64,000 bases of DNA from Mobula hypostoma (lineage: Eukaryota), in contig NC_086097.1 of assembly GCF_963921235.1 (NCBI RefSeq), positions 40,674,001 to 40,738,000 on the forward strand, read 5' to 3'. Of the stretch, positions 1 to 12,310 are shown piece by piece (position 1 is the stretch's first letter; every line of letters starts with the position of its first letter). The notes beneath the pieces were generated by a model. That model ran no database searches and had not been told where the DNA came from. It saw only the letters and a list, made by a program, of their open reading frames with translations. Position numbers and translations under genes: made by a program.

Positions 1-539
1 GAGGATAATCCTGCTTAGACTGAGAATGCCCTTAGGATACGTGTGAGGTCTCTATTCCGAGTGACTTCAATAACTTCATCTGGATAGCAGGGCTGGTGTT
101 TGGAATGCAATGTGCTTCTGCCTTTTTTATAGGAACTGGCTGGTAAACATCACAATCCATCCATTTCTAATAAGAACGGATGGTTCTGTAGTTCGGTGGT
201 AAGATCAGTGCTGTACTGCACACCTGTGGAATGTGTGATTGCCTTTAATAGAGTACACCATGGACCTTGCATCAACTTGGGGTGAGGGAAGCTTTTGGGT
301 TCATGTCTTTCTTATTGTTTTTGTAGTCCCCTAGCAATCTTTTCTCAGTTAACCTGCAGCATGAGTTGAGCATTCTCATTTCATTGGTTTTGATGCTAAT
401 ATGTCGACATTCGTGATTATTTTTAAGCACAGTGTAATTATTATTTTGGAAATGGAGGCAATTATTTGGAAGTGGCATTGAAATTTTCAGGATCTTAGGG
501 GGTAAACATCATGAGTTTTTGGAGCTGCATCTTCTCAGA

Positions 540-1165
540 TTATTAGATTGAAGACACTCAATCCTTGTTTATTGTCATTTAGAAATGCATGCATTAAAAA
601 TGATACAATGTTCCTCCAGAATGATATCATAAGAAACACAGGACAAACCAAGACTAAAACTGACAAAACCACATATTTATACCATATAGTTACAACAGTG
701 CAAAGCAATATCGTAATTTGATAAAGAGCAGACCATGGGCACGGTAAAAAAAAAGTCTCAAAGTCCCTATAGCCTCATCATCTCACGCAGGCGGCAGAAG
801 GGAGAAACTCTCCCTGCCATGAACTTCCAAGCGCAGCAAACTTGCCGATGCAGCACCATTGGAAGCACCTGACCGCAGCAGACTCTGAGTCCGTTTGAAA
901 ACTTCAAGCTTCCGACCAGCCCTCCAACACAGCCTCTTCGAGCAGCATCCTCTGCCGAGCGCTTCGACCTCCGGAGATTCTGGATCACACGGTAGCAGCA
1001 GCAGCAAAGCAGGCATTTCAGAAGTTTCACCAGATGTTCCTCCTTGCTCTCACGTCCGTCTCCATCAAATCAGGATTGTGCACAGCACCCTACTTGACAA
1101 ATAACAGATATCACCACCGGATTGGCCGCTGCGAGCTGCGTCGCGCCTCCATCTTCTTCTCCCTC
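540..1165 (-). mobile_element. Non-autonomous SINE-like retroelement, copy 1 (~620 bp)
   Basis: Colinear with 12311-12970. The minus strand begins with a GC-rich GGGAGAAGAAGATGGAGGCGCG and ends with AATAAA plus an AATCT-like tail. The overlapping ORFs resemble no protein family I recognise. Confidence 0.75.
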
Positions 1166-1254
1166 GGAAAATGATCCCTTCTGACATGGTTAAATTGATC
1201 ACCCTCTAGTCTTTGTTCAGCAAGTGTCCAAGCATCCTTAAGGAGCCATCAATT

Positions 1255-2270
1255 TAAAGTTCAAAGTAAATTTTATTATCAAAGCACATAAATGTCACCA
1301 TTTACAATCCTGAGATTCTTCATTTTGTGAGCATTCTCAGCAAGTCTATAGAATACTAATTGTAACAGGATCAAAGACTGACCGTCCAACTAGGGCACGC
1401 AGCTTGAGTACAGAAGGCAACAAACTGCGCAAATGCAAGTATAAATAAATAGCAATAGATATCGAGAACATGAGATCAAGGGTCCTTGAAAATGGGTCCA
1501 CTGGTTGTGGAATATTTCAATGATGGCACAAACGATGTTGAGTAAAATAACACACACAAAATGCTGGTGGAACGCGGCAGGCCAGGCAGCGTCCTATCGG
1601 AAGGGTTACAGTCGATGTTTCAGGCTGAGACCCTTCGTCAGTACTAACTGAAAGAAGAGATGGTAAGAGATTTGGGAGGGGGAGGGGGAGATCTGAAATG
1701 ACATTGTTCAAGAGCCTGATGGTTGAGGGGTAGTACCTGCTCTTGAACCTGGGTGTATGAATCCTGAGACTCTTGTACCTTCTACCTATGATAACAATGA
1801 GAAAAGAGCAAGACTTGGGTGGTGGGGATCCTGAAGATGGACACTGCCCTCCCACGGCACTACTTCATGTAGATGTGCTCAATAGTTGGGAGGGCTTTAC
1901 CTGTGTTGTAAGGGCCGTATCCACTACTTTTTGTAGGACTTTCTGTCCAAGGGCATTGGTGTTTCTATTCCAGACTGTGATATAGCCAGTCAATATACTC
2001 TCCACCACACATCTACAGAGGTTTGTCAAAGTTTTAGATGTCATGCTGTCAAATTTTTAGATCTCTGCAAACTGCTAAGGAAGTAGAAATGCTGCTATGC
2101 TTCCTTTGCAATTCAACTTGCATGCTGGGCCCAGGGCAGGTCATCTGAAATAGTAACACCTAGGAATTTAAAGTTGCTAACCCTCTCCACCTCTGATCCT
2201 CTGATGAGGACTGACTTATTGACCTCTGGTTTCCCTCCCCGAAAGCCCACAATCAGTTCCCTGGTCTTCT
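1255..2270 (-). mobile_element. Degraded Rex1/Babar-type LINE 3' portion, interrupted by a Penelope fragment
   Basis: The + strand AAAGTTCAAAGTAAATTTTATTATC tail matches the copy at 30781. The ORF at 1517..1855 contains GRRYKSLRIHTPRFKSRYYPSTIRLLN, the typical Rex1 RT C-terminus. Confidence 0.7.
1547..1700 (-). mobile_element. Penelope-like terminal (pLTR) fragment with degenerate hammerhead motif
   Basis: Colinear with 8870-9030 of the Penelope copy. The minus strand reads CTGACGAAGGGTCTCAGCCTGAAACATCGAC. Confidence 0.75.
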
Positions 2271-2939
2271 TTGTCACTTCTGTTCAATCTGCTATAAAAA
2301 AAACATCCTGGGTAAATTATTCCATTCCATACCTCGAAAAATCTCCAACTAATTTCTTCTTTCTCATAAAAATTTAATTTAATATCAGAATAAATGTCAG
2401 ATCCAAAGTTCAATGCAATAATTTATGAGTAAGCTTTTACCTAGAAAATGGTCAGAAGGTGGAAGTGGAAACATATGAAGTGATTCAGTGAAATAGCATA
2501 AGAAACATTTATCCAGTCTACTCATAAATATACAGGGAAGAAAAATGAAAGAATAAGTTAAGTGAATTCCTGTTCACACCAATCTGCAATCACTATAGCT
2601 GATATCTCTCCGTAGGTAATAATTTGAAAAATTAGTTCCATGTGAGTTTCATAAATAAACAGTATTTCTGCTCATTTGCCAAGAATTGGCTGCACAAACA
2701 ACGCTCAAATGTTCATTATTGGAAGCCATTTAACTCAGGGTGAATGTGAAACTCTGGAATGGAACATTGGCTGCTCTAATTGAATCTCTTCAATGTACCA
2801 CATGATTATGCCCATGGCAATAAAACTTCAGCAAGACAAAGCTTAATGGTTGCCAAGGAAAGTCCAGGAAGAAGAGAATTGCACTTTCTTGCACGTACTT
2901 TTTCTCCTGCCCCACCCCTTGAATTTAAACATTAGGTAG

Positions 2940-4100
2940 CCTCACAGAATCGAGTTGCTTCCACTCTGGTTTTATGGGTTCCGAGCAGCTGATCAGACCA
3001 ACAGGGGTCCACAAACTTAATTGGAGCAGGTAGGTGTGTAGCTCGTGAACTGGTGCACTCTTTCTGTTCAGGTAGGGTTTTCCACCTGCACAATGTTCTC
3101 ATTACCATAGTGAATGTTTCTTCTCCACCTCAAATAGTCATGGGCCAAAGGTTTTTATAAGTCAGTGGACATGTTGCATTTCAAGGAAGTATGAGCATGC
3201 TGTTGAATCTTTCTCTCTTTGCCTGGTCTTCTCCCGCAACAAAGCTCAGAAGAGGCAATTTCAGGAGTCTGCTGTAAGGCATAAGGATGATGAGGCCTGT
3301 CCAACAACTGAGGATATCTAGGACTTCAGTGCGAGGATATTTGTCTGGATGAGGATAAATGCTGTTGCTGGTCTGCATATCCTTAGCTTGTGGACTTAGT
3401 GGCACTTAGGGGTGACTTGAGATGCTGCAATTACACTCTTGTTTGCAGAAGTCTATAGGAGTATAGGGATCTCTGCTGCCTAGTGCTCCCTGAGTTTTGT
3501 GCCAGGTCAGTAATCTTGACTTTCACATATCAAGGCTGTGATGCCACACTGAGGGACTCATGGAAAATTTATTCACTTATACCTGTCTTTGTCAAGAGAT
3601 GGCCCACAAAGTAGAGTCCACACTTTCCAGGATGTTGCTGTCAATCAGTATCGTGCTTCAGGAGGGGAGAGGATGTTGCCCAGGCAGATGTTGAGTGCAA
3701 GGTCTGACTTTTTGTATGCTTCAGTGAGTGAGTAGGTGTTGAGTCAGGATTTCAGTGGAGATACTATTTTGAGTTGAGATATAGCCTCCTTCCTGAGTTG
3801 GCATCAAGAATGACTTTAAGACCTGCTCAACTGGTTTGCTGTGGGATGGAATTAAGGGCACTCTTATCAGTGTCTAAGTCATGTTTGAGGTGCTCTTCAA
3901 ATTTCCCTTTCCCTTTTACTGGATCTTGACTGCCTGTCCCTGTTCTTGGCTCCCAGTGAGGTTGAGCCTTTGGTGTTAGTGCTGAGAAACATACTCGTCA
4001 TAGCTGTTCAGTGAATTGTGGAGTCTCCTGCACTCTCTCCATCCTCTGTTCCTTAGGTCACAACTCTTCTGCTGGGTCTCTGCCTTCAGATGCTGTTAAG
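2940..4100 (-). mobile_element. Very old degraded LINE remnant (RTE-like)
   Basis: Only RT-like coding texture on the minus strand, with no long ORF. Family assignment is weak. Confidence 0.3.
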
Positions 4101-4699
4101 CTATTTCCTTCTCCTTTGAATGAAGGTGGAGCTTTAAATCCAAGAACTCCTTGCATTTGGAGCTGGTAAGTTCCTCATTCTCCAAGTCATTCTTATCAAC
4201 CAGACCTGGTACTTGGTAAGTGACCAATAGTCCCTAGACAGGTGCCAATTTTGTGAGGTGCCAGGGCAGTCTATAGGCTGTGGATACTTGAGTGCTGTCA
4301 AAGTTGTGGGGTGCTGCCAGAGAACCCCCCCAAACTCAACAGTAAATGGTCAGAAACAATTGACAGCAAAAAAAGTTTGTTTTTATGTTTGTTTATATGA
4401 TTCCTACTTTATCAGTTTCTGCACACTTGTGTTAAGCTGAAAAGATTTGTTTATTTGACTTTGTATTATTGAAGAGAGTCGAGGGTGAAATGATGACTTG
4501 CTACTTCACCAGGATGTAGTTGTAAAATTACAAATATGTATCTCATGGAAAGCAGTGTAAAAGTGTCTTCAAACGATTTGGTTTGTGCCATTGAGTTCCC
4601 ATATGGGAGTATTCAGTCTAAAGATTACAATCAATCTCAATCATCCCATAGGTTTTGCACACTAATATATATATATATAAAAAAAAAGTGAAATTAGCA

Positions 4700-4935
4700 T
4701 TTAAGACCTCAAGATGTAGGAGCAGAATTAGGCCATTTGGCCCATCGAGTTTGCTCCACCATTCAATCATTGTTGATCTTTTTTTCCCCTCCTCAACTCC
4801 ATTCCCTGGCCTTCTCCCCGTATTCTTTGATGCCACATGCAGTCAAGAACCTATCAATCTCTGCATTTAAATGCACCCAATGACCTGGTCTCCATTGTGG
4901 TAACAAATTCCACAAATTCACCACCCTCTATCTAA
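4700..4935 (-). mobile_element. CR1 LINE 3' end fragment
   Basis: GGAGCAGAATTAGGCCATTTGGCCCATCGAG...CAAGAACCTATCAATCTCTGC is homologous to 52920-53150 and 62780-63005. Confidence 0.75.
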
Positions 4936-6369
4936 ATAAAGCACCATGGTATATCCTGAGAATGTGAAGGGAACTGGAATTTAATCCCTTATTTGAGCAC
5001 TTTGATGAAATATTATAAAATGTAGCTTTTTGGGATTACGTATGATGAACTGGGTATGGGGTGGGGTGAAGTGGGGTTGTGGCAACACAAGATTTCGGGC
5101 ACACTAGATGGGCACTTCCATCTCCAAAGACTAGACTCTTGCCACACACATACATGAATGGGATACATACAAAATTATGACACAGAGAATGAAATCACCC
5201 CTGTCTTTCCCCCTCTCCCCCCAATACTCTCCAGAGATAATTGCCACAATCGATAGAAGTGACACAGTATTGAGGATAGGTGCACCTTAACTTGGAACAC
5301 CTATTCTCTAGTTTGCCTACAGCCTTTGTTTCCCATTATCCGGCCTGTGCTCCGTGGGAGCATATAAATGGGAATGTTATGCCATTAGTCCATGATTTTC
5401 GATTCATTAATTTTAATGGACGTGAAACGAATCCACAGTGGAGATGAGCGCAATGTCACAATGTTGATAGTTTTGAGTTGTCAGCTTTTCTGTTGATTAG
5501 CTGTTGCCAGGTTTCTGGAAATAAGCAAAAATATATACTACTTTAAAAAATCAGACACTGTAGATTTCAATGGAGAAGACAAACACCTGCCTTTTGTGCT
5601 GTGAGTTTAGTAAAAGCTGTCATCAGTATTGTGTCAATTAATAATGGAGCACAACAAAGTGGATGCAAATGGGGAAAAATACATCTATCTCATACATTTA
5701 TCTCTGCAAGCACTTTTATTTTCATGCTTGCATGGAGTGCTGCAAACAAGTGTTCTGAATTCATTAAAACAAACAAAAGCTTGAATTATCATCACTTCAT
5801 TGCACCAATTACCTCGTCATACATTTTGATAGGTGCAAATTCATATTCATCAACCAATATGAACATTTAGTGTACTGTGCTGCATCTGTAAATACATTAT
5901 TACCACTCAGAGGGTAGCTCATTTTGAATAAGTGGGAAACTCCAGCTCAGAAGTATGCATGTAGGGATGTACTAAACGCAATGACATTCAGATGTACTGC
6001 TTGACTGATTGAATTTTTGCGGACCTGACTATTCTAAAGAAGCAGTAAAAATAAACTGCTTCATATCCATTTCCTAAGCAGCTGATATTGTTTCAGAAGA
6101 AAGGAAGGGGGACATTAAACAAGCGATTGCTTTCTTTTGTTCAAAACAGCACAAGTATGGATTCCATGGTAATTTATTATTCTAATTGGATATCTACTTT
6201 CAAACATTTGACTTTTTAAGCTTTGACGTTACATATTAATGAAAATGTATACTTGAAACGTCTGTAATTATCTAAAGTCTTGCTCTTGAATAATATAGGG
6301 CCACATATATTTCACTAGTCACACTGCAGTGGATAAAAATTCTATTTGCATCAACTTGTTAAAAATCTA

Positions 6370-7165
6370 TTGGCCTTATTAGCCACATAAGTTCTTGACA
6401 CCCCAAGCAGGTTAAAAGTGGCTTGAATTCAGTAGAATAAAATTAAAGGTTTAAAAATGACATAAAGGTAATGACTAGACCTTGTAGAGTATCTTAAGGC
6501 CTTGGGTAGAGTACTGTATGCATTGCTGGGCTCCGTGGCATAGAAAAATATCAAGCTTCAACACATTCATGGTGATGCTGAGTGATGGGAAGAAATTCAA
6601 ATCTAAAGAACCTGAAAAGTTGGGTCACTTTGCTTTCGTTAGGTCAATGTAATTGAATTATAGGAAAAAATGGGTAGTATTTAAATTTATTAAAGCAGTT
6701 TGGTCATTTACCTTTTGTAATCATTGAGAGGAGAAGAGTGAACATTTAAAGTTGTGAGACTAAGTGTAAATGGCAGCTATAAGGATGGATTTTTAGAGTA
6801 CATTTGGGAATGTTTCCCAGAGCAACATGTTAGGAAACCAACCATGGAAAAAGTTATTTTGGATCTGGTAATTTGCAATAAGTTTATCAAATGATTTATC
6901 GGAGACCATTGAGGAATTAGCAGCTGGAATAGATAGAGGGGAACAAGTAGATGTTGTATATTAAAATTTTCCAAAGACTATCAGAAAAGTGCTACAGAAA
7001 TGGTTACTTCTCTTGATCGTAGTGGTTGGAAGTAGTATGTTAACGTGGCTAGAGGGGTTGCAATTAGCTGAAAGCAGTGATTATGGATATATGGATCACA
7101 TTCAAGCTTGGACTTTGTAACCAGTGAGGTGCAGCACAGAGTAGTGAGCCCTTTATTTATCTTGT
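6370..7165 (+). mobile_element. Old CR1 RT fragments
   Basis: Degenerate CR1 RT motifs: RPCRVS (RPHLEY-like), and DVVY..FSK-like GATGTTGTATATTAAAATTTTCCAAAG. Confidence 0.45.
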
Positions 7166-7454
7166 TCAATCACATCTTCTTCCTGTATGTCACATTATTT
7201 TACTGTATCATACAGATCTTGTTATGTAAAAATTTGAAAGAGCTCTGTAGACACTTTGAATAATAAACACACTGCACTGTCAGAGGGCCTTCTTTCACCA
7301 TTATGTCACAGATTAATAAAACAGGCCTTCTGAACTGTTGGCTTGTTGGCACTCACTCTCCTTTTAAATTTTGTACTTTTACTTCAGTTATGAAATTCAA
7401 ACACTTGCTTCTTTGAGTGATTCTGGGACATTCCCTTACATGAGAATTACTCTG

Positions 7455-7940
7455 AATCATTGAGCACATCTACATAGAGTGTTGTTGCAAGAAAGCAGCA
7501 TCCATCATCTGGGACTCCCACCATCCAGGATGTACTCTCTTCACACTGTTGCCATCAGAAAAAAAGGTAAAAGAGCCTCTAGACTCTCACTACCAGGTTC
7601 AGGAACAGTTGCTACCCCTCAAGCATCAGGCTCTTGAACCAAAGGGGATAACTTCACTTGCCCCATCATTGAAAATTTCCCACAACTAATGGATTCACTT
7701 TCAAGGACTCTTCATCTCATATTTTCAACATTAATTGTTTATTTATTTATTTCCTCTCTTTGTATTTGCATAGTTTAATGTCTTCTGCACTCTGGTTAAA
7801 TGCTCGAGTAAGGCAGTCTCCCATTGATTCAGTTATGGTTATTTGTCTACTGATTTATTGAGTATGCCCACAAAAAAGGAATCTCAGAGTTGTATATGGT
7901 GACATAAATATACTTTGATAATAAAGATGGCTTTGAACTT
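7455..7940 (+). mobile_element. Rex1/Babar-type LINE 3' end
   Basis: Encodes KAASII.DSHHPG..LF.LLPS-like sequence. Ends in GATAATAAA...TTTGAACTTTG. Confidence 0.7.
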
Positions 7941-8211
7941 TGCACTTCGTTATTAGCCTGTCAACAAAAGCAAAACTGTTATTTACTGAAAATTTGTTTA
8001 ATGTGCCTATTTTCTTCTCATCTGTTTTAGTTGAAACACCTTTAGATCATCCCTGCTTTATTCCCTTCACGGTTTCCCACTGTGTTACATGTTTTACTAT
8101 TAATGTATTATGGCTTAATCTCTCATTTGTAACTCTGACTTGTGGAACATGTGGACAGATCACTTTGAACAAAATTAAAAATGTAAAACCAACATGTACT
8201 TCAAATCACAC

Positions 8212-8312
8212 TAACAACACACATCAAAGTTGCTGGTGAATGCAGCAGGCCAAGCAGCATCTATAGGAAGAGGCGCAGTCGATGTTTCAGGCCGAGACCC
8301 TTCGTCAGGACA
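8212..8312 (-). mobile_element. Penelope pLTR fragment with hammerhead motif
   Basis: Near-identical to 8872-8969. The minus strand reads GTCCTGACGAAGGGTCTCGGCCTGAAACATCGACT. Confidence 0.75.
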
Positions 8313-8628
8313 CACTGGTCAAATCACACTACTTGGGTACCCCAATATTTTTATAAATTTATCAATTTTTTTCGTTTGATGCAAAATGAGTAGCATCATT
8401 AAACCTAATTATTTTTTCTCTGTTTCAATTAAGGTGTAATTTTTGTATGTGAATTTCAAAATAATATTTCTATTAAAACAGCGAAAAATGTTCTCAGCAA
8501 AAAAACAATATTTTTAATAAATTCTCTTTTATAATCTGATTTAAAACAAAAGGACTGAGAACTTTTTATTAGTTTCATTCCGCAGCGATCTGGGTAGATT
8601 TCTAAATCATTTTGTGTGTGTTTACTAG

Positions 8629-8731
8629 TGCCTATCAACCTACAAGAATGGAAATAATTGTTAAATCTTTCAAACACAGAAGAGCTGGAATCTAGAGAAA
8701 TGAACAAACTCCTGGAAGAAACCAGTGGGAA
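8629..8731 (+). other. Candidate exon (non-coding or 5'UTR with a late ATG)
   Basis: Acceptor TGTGTGTGTTTACTAG and donor AA|GTAAGG. All three frames contain a stop. An ATG at 8700 gives MNKLLEETSG in phase 2. Confidence 0.25.
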
Positions 8732-8834
8732 GTAAGGAATTGTCATCAACCTTCTTGACCTGCTGAGTCCGTCCTGCAGATTGTTTGTTGTAATTCTTCC
8801 GTATGGATTTCATGTAAAAACAAAACAACATCTT

Positions 8835-9815
8835 GCTAACATGAGGAAATCTGCAGATGCTGGAATTTCAAGCAACACAGATAAAAATTGTTGGTGAACG
8901 CAGCAGGCCAGACAAAATCTATAGGAAGAGGTACAGTCGACGTTTCGGGCCAAGACCCTTCGTCAGGACTAACTGAAAGAAGAGATAGTAAGAGATTTGA
9001 AAGTGGGAGGGGGAGGAGAGATCCAAAATAATACGAGAAGACAGGAGGGGGAAGGGATGGAACTAAGAGCTGGAAAGTTGATTGGCAAAAGGGATATGAG
9101 AGGATCATGAGACGGACGGGAGGCCTAGGGAGAAAGAAAGGGGGGGGAAGCCCAGAAGATGGGCAAGGAGTATAGTGAGAGGAACAGAGGGAGAAAAAGG
9201 AGAGAGAGAAAAAAAATAAATTTAATAATAATAAAAGACAAATAAATAACAGATGGGGTACAAAGGGGAGGTGGGGCATTAATGGAAGTTAGAGAAGTCA
9301 GTGTTCATGCCACTTGGTTGGAGGCTGCCCAGACGGAATATAAGGTCTTGTTCCTCCAACCTGAGTGTGGCTTCATCTTGACAGTAGAGGAGGCCGTGGA
9401 TAGACATATCAGAATGGAAATGGGATGTGGAATTAAAATGTGTGGCCACTGGGAGATCCTGCTTTCTCTGGCGGACAGAGCATAGGTGTTCAGCGAAATG
9501 GTCTCCCAGCCTATGTCGGGTCTTGCCAATATATAGAAGGCCACATCCGGAGCACTGGACACAGCATATCACCCCAGCCAACTCACAGGTGAAGTGTTGC
9601 CTCACCTGGAAAGCCTGTTTGGGGCCCTGAATGGTGGTGAGGGAGGAAGTGAAAGGGCATGTGTAGCACTTGTTCCGCTTCCAAGGATAAGTGCCGGGAG
9701 GGAGATCGGTGGGAAGGGATGGAGGGGGGACGAATGGACAAGGGAGTCATGTAGGGAGCGATCCCTGTGGAAAGCAGGAGGGAGGGGAGGGAAAGATGTG
9801 CTTAGTGGTGGGATT
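8835..9815 (-). mobile_element. Penelope-like element 3' part: GIY-YIG endonuclease plus pLTR
   Basis: ORF 9279..9605 reads FTCELAGVICCVQCSGCGLLYIGKTRHRLGDHFAEHL...HFN...LEEQDLIFRLGSLQPSGMN, the Penelope GIY-YIG domain. A pyrimidine-rich 3' region and the hammerhead-bearing repeat follow. Confidence 0.9.
8935..8970 (-). ncRNA. Minimal type I hammerhead ribozyme in the Penelope pLTR
   Basis: Minus-strand RNA: AGUC-CUGACGA-A-GGGU(CUUG)GCCC-GAAAC-GUC^GACU. It has core boxes CUGANGA and GAAA, stem I AGUC/GACU, stem II GGGU/GCCC, a self-complementary minimal stem III and a GUC cleavage triplet. Confidence 0.7.
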
Positions 9816-10299
9816 CTGAGTCAAAATGTGGTCGAAAAGTTGAAGGGCTGAAGAAATTATAGGTGGGGAGCAGTGAGATCTTGCTAATTGTGTGTGGAAG
9901 TGTTTTGTATTAAACGGGCATAGTGTTTTTATCTACAGTCTTGTCATCAGTGGAATTGTACTCCAGCTTGAATAAAAAGACTTGGGAAAATTGTCCTGAG
10001 AAGGTAATCAGTTTTATGGGGTGACTATCTGGGTGAACTGAAAGTTTGGATGAATGGCAAAGACACAAGTATAAATGATCTTGTGTGTAACTTTTTCATA
10101 TTTAAAACCCCCTGACCTTTTCATGTTGATTCTGCCCATTTGGACCAGTTGGAGCTTGAATCCCCATAAAGCACTGATTCAAAAATTTGAGGCATTCCTC
10201 CATTGTCCAATCTTCATGTTGACCAATCCGAGAATGCAGGGATATTCAAGATTCTGGACTGTTTATTGTCTGTCTTCAGCAAACAAAGGAGAATGAAAT

Positions 10300-11435
10300 G
10301 ATTATCACTTTAGATCTGATGTAGCATAAAAAACACAATAAAAGCAATCCTTTAAAACAAAATGTGCAGGTAACCTTTGCTTGTAGCCATATATACATAG
10401 ACTGATTGTATGTACATAAGGTGACAGTGGGGGTTGCTGGTGTGGGTTAATGGGTGGAGGTGTCCATCAGCCTGATGACTAAGGTGAAAGAACTGTTTTT
10501 CAATCTAGTGGTCCTGGCATGGATCTTCCCCAATGGAAGTGGGACAAACAGTCCGTAAGCAGGATGGGTGGGATCCTTCGTTGTTATGTTACTTCTGTTT
10601 AAATGTACCGTGGGTTAACAGTAAAGAATCATATTCTAGAAGAATTAGATAACTTTTATTTACAGTAATAAGCAAACACGTCTTAACCCAGCCATGTACT
10701 GGAACATTCTGGCAATCCCGTGCATGCTCAGTGCTCTGTCCAATCATGTACTGACACATCATTGCACATGACATCACCACATCTTCCTTTCCTTAAAAAG
10801 AGAAACAATTAACAACATTAATCAAAACAAATACATAATTCAACAAGTCTCTGTCAGTCTCTCTGTGGTTTATGAACACGAGTAGACCTCCTAAGTGGTA
10901 CACACAGATCTTGTGTTTCCTTGTTATTATTTACATGTTTTGTCTCATCTGCATCCATTAACTGAACCTCTGAAGTAGGCTCTTTCTTGAGGTCTTTGCA
11001 ATTTCTTCTGACCACTGCTCCCTCCTCTGTTTGGACCATGTATGATCTGGGTTGTACTACTTCAAGTACTGTAGCTTTCTGTGTCCATGTGTTCATTTTG
11101 TCTTGTATTCCTACTTCATCTCCCTGATGCAGTTCAGGTAATGGATGAGAATGTCTATCAAAGTATATTTTCTGCTTTGCTTTGTGTTCATCTTTCCATC
11201 TTTTCACTTGTTCACCTTCCTCTGTTCTCAGAAGGCTCTCATCCATTGGCAGATTAGATCTCAAACGTCGTCCCATCAAGAGCTGAGCAGGCGAAAATCC
11301 ACATTCAAGTGGAGTACTTGATATTGCGGTCTTTTTCCTACATTTTTTTGTATATATGACCTTGATGGTGGGTAAGCTAGTGGCTGTGATGTGTTGGGCA
11401 GTTTTAGCTACCTATTGTAGAGCATTCCTGTGCGT
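10300..11435 (-). mobile_element. Rex1-like LINE fragment split by a Gypsy remnant
   Basis: Rex-type sequence at 10300-10581 (...GGGTGGGATCCTTCG) resumes at about 11320 (ATATTG...GTGATGTGTTGGGCAG). Confidence 0.5.
10582..11320 (-). mobile_element. Gypsy LTR retrotransposon remnant: integrase C-terminus, PPT and 3' LTR
   Basis: ORF 10854..11279 (preceded by STPLECGFSPAQLL) reads MGRRLRSNLP...KQKIYFDRH..LPELHQGDEV...PRSYMVQTEEGAVVRRN...LRRSTRVHKP. The PPT is TTTAAGGAAAGGAAGA (- strand, 10782-10797). A TG...CA bounded LTR lies at 10582-10781. Confidence 0.85.
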
Positions 11436-12310
11436 CATTGGGCAGTAACTCAAGTCCCTAACACTATGTAGGTAGAAAAGAGTATCATAGTTCACTTTTA
11501 TCAGAAAAGATACCCCCAGGCCAATAAAATAGTGGGGGTAACTGGTGACAGGCAAATAAAGCCTGCAGCAAAAGAGCAGAAACAGAGTTGTGTATCACCT
11601 CAGAAAGTGGAATTCATGCCCTACAGAAGGACCATTCAAATGTGCTAAGCCATGCAGTTATATCAAAGGATTAACTCCTCGTGACTTCTGTAATTTTGAG
11701 TTATTTTGCTTTGTACAGTATCAAAATCCTAAACCGCAAAATGATCACATCAGAAATTTTTCAGTCATTAAATTTAACAGCTTTTGCAAGGCTGAAAAAT
11801 TACAATTTCTGACTTCACTTAAGATCCAGTTTAGGAGCATAATTCTCACTGCATGAAATTATTCATGATTTTTAAAGGTGTTTGTGAAATATCCTTTTTC
11901 CTTTAAACGAAAGTGCTTGTAGAAATAAATGAGCCTGTAATGGTTTGCATTATTCATTGAAAACCTCTGAAGACAAAATGTGCCAAATCTTATTTGTTTT
12001 TTAAAATGTAATCATTATTTTTGCTATTCATTCATACTTGGATTTAATTGTGAAAGCTAATGGGGAGAGTGGAGAGCTGGATCACTGTGAGTTATTGTTG
12101 AGTGTTGGAGCTCCAACAGTTGGTCACTAATTAGGAAGAAGCCCATAACTTTCAGAGCTTTTATTGGAGCCACACAACTGATGAATGTGATCCTCTCTGC
12201 CCTGGAGAGGTGAAGATTAATTGGGGCTTTAATTGTCCAAGCTTCAGTTGAGGATGACATGGGAGCTGGCCCTGCATCAATAGCAGGTGGTTTTGAAAGG
12301 ATGATTTTTT

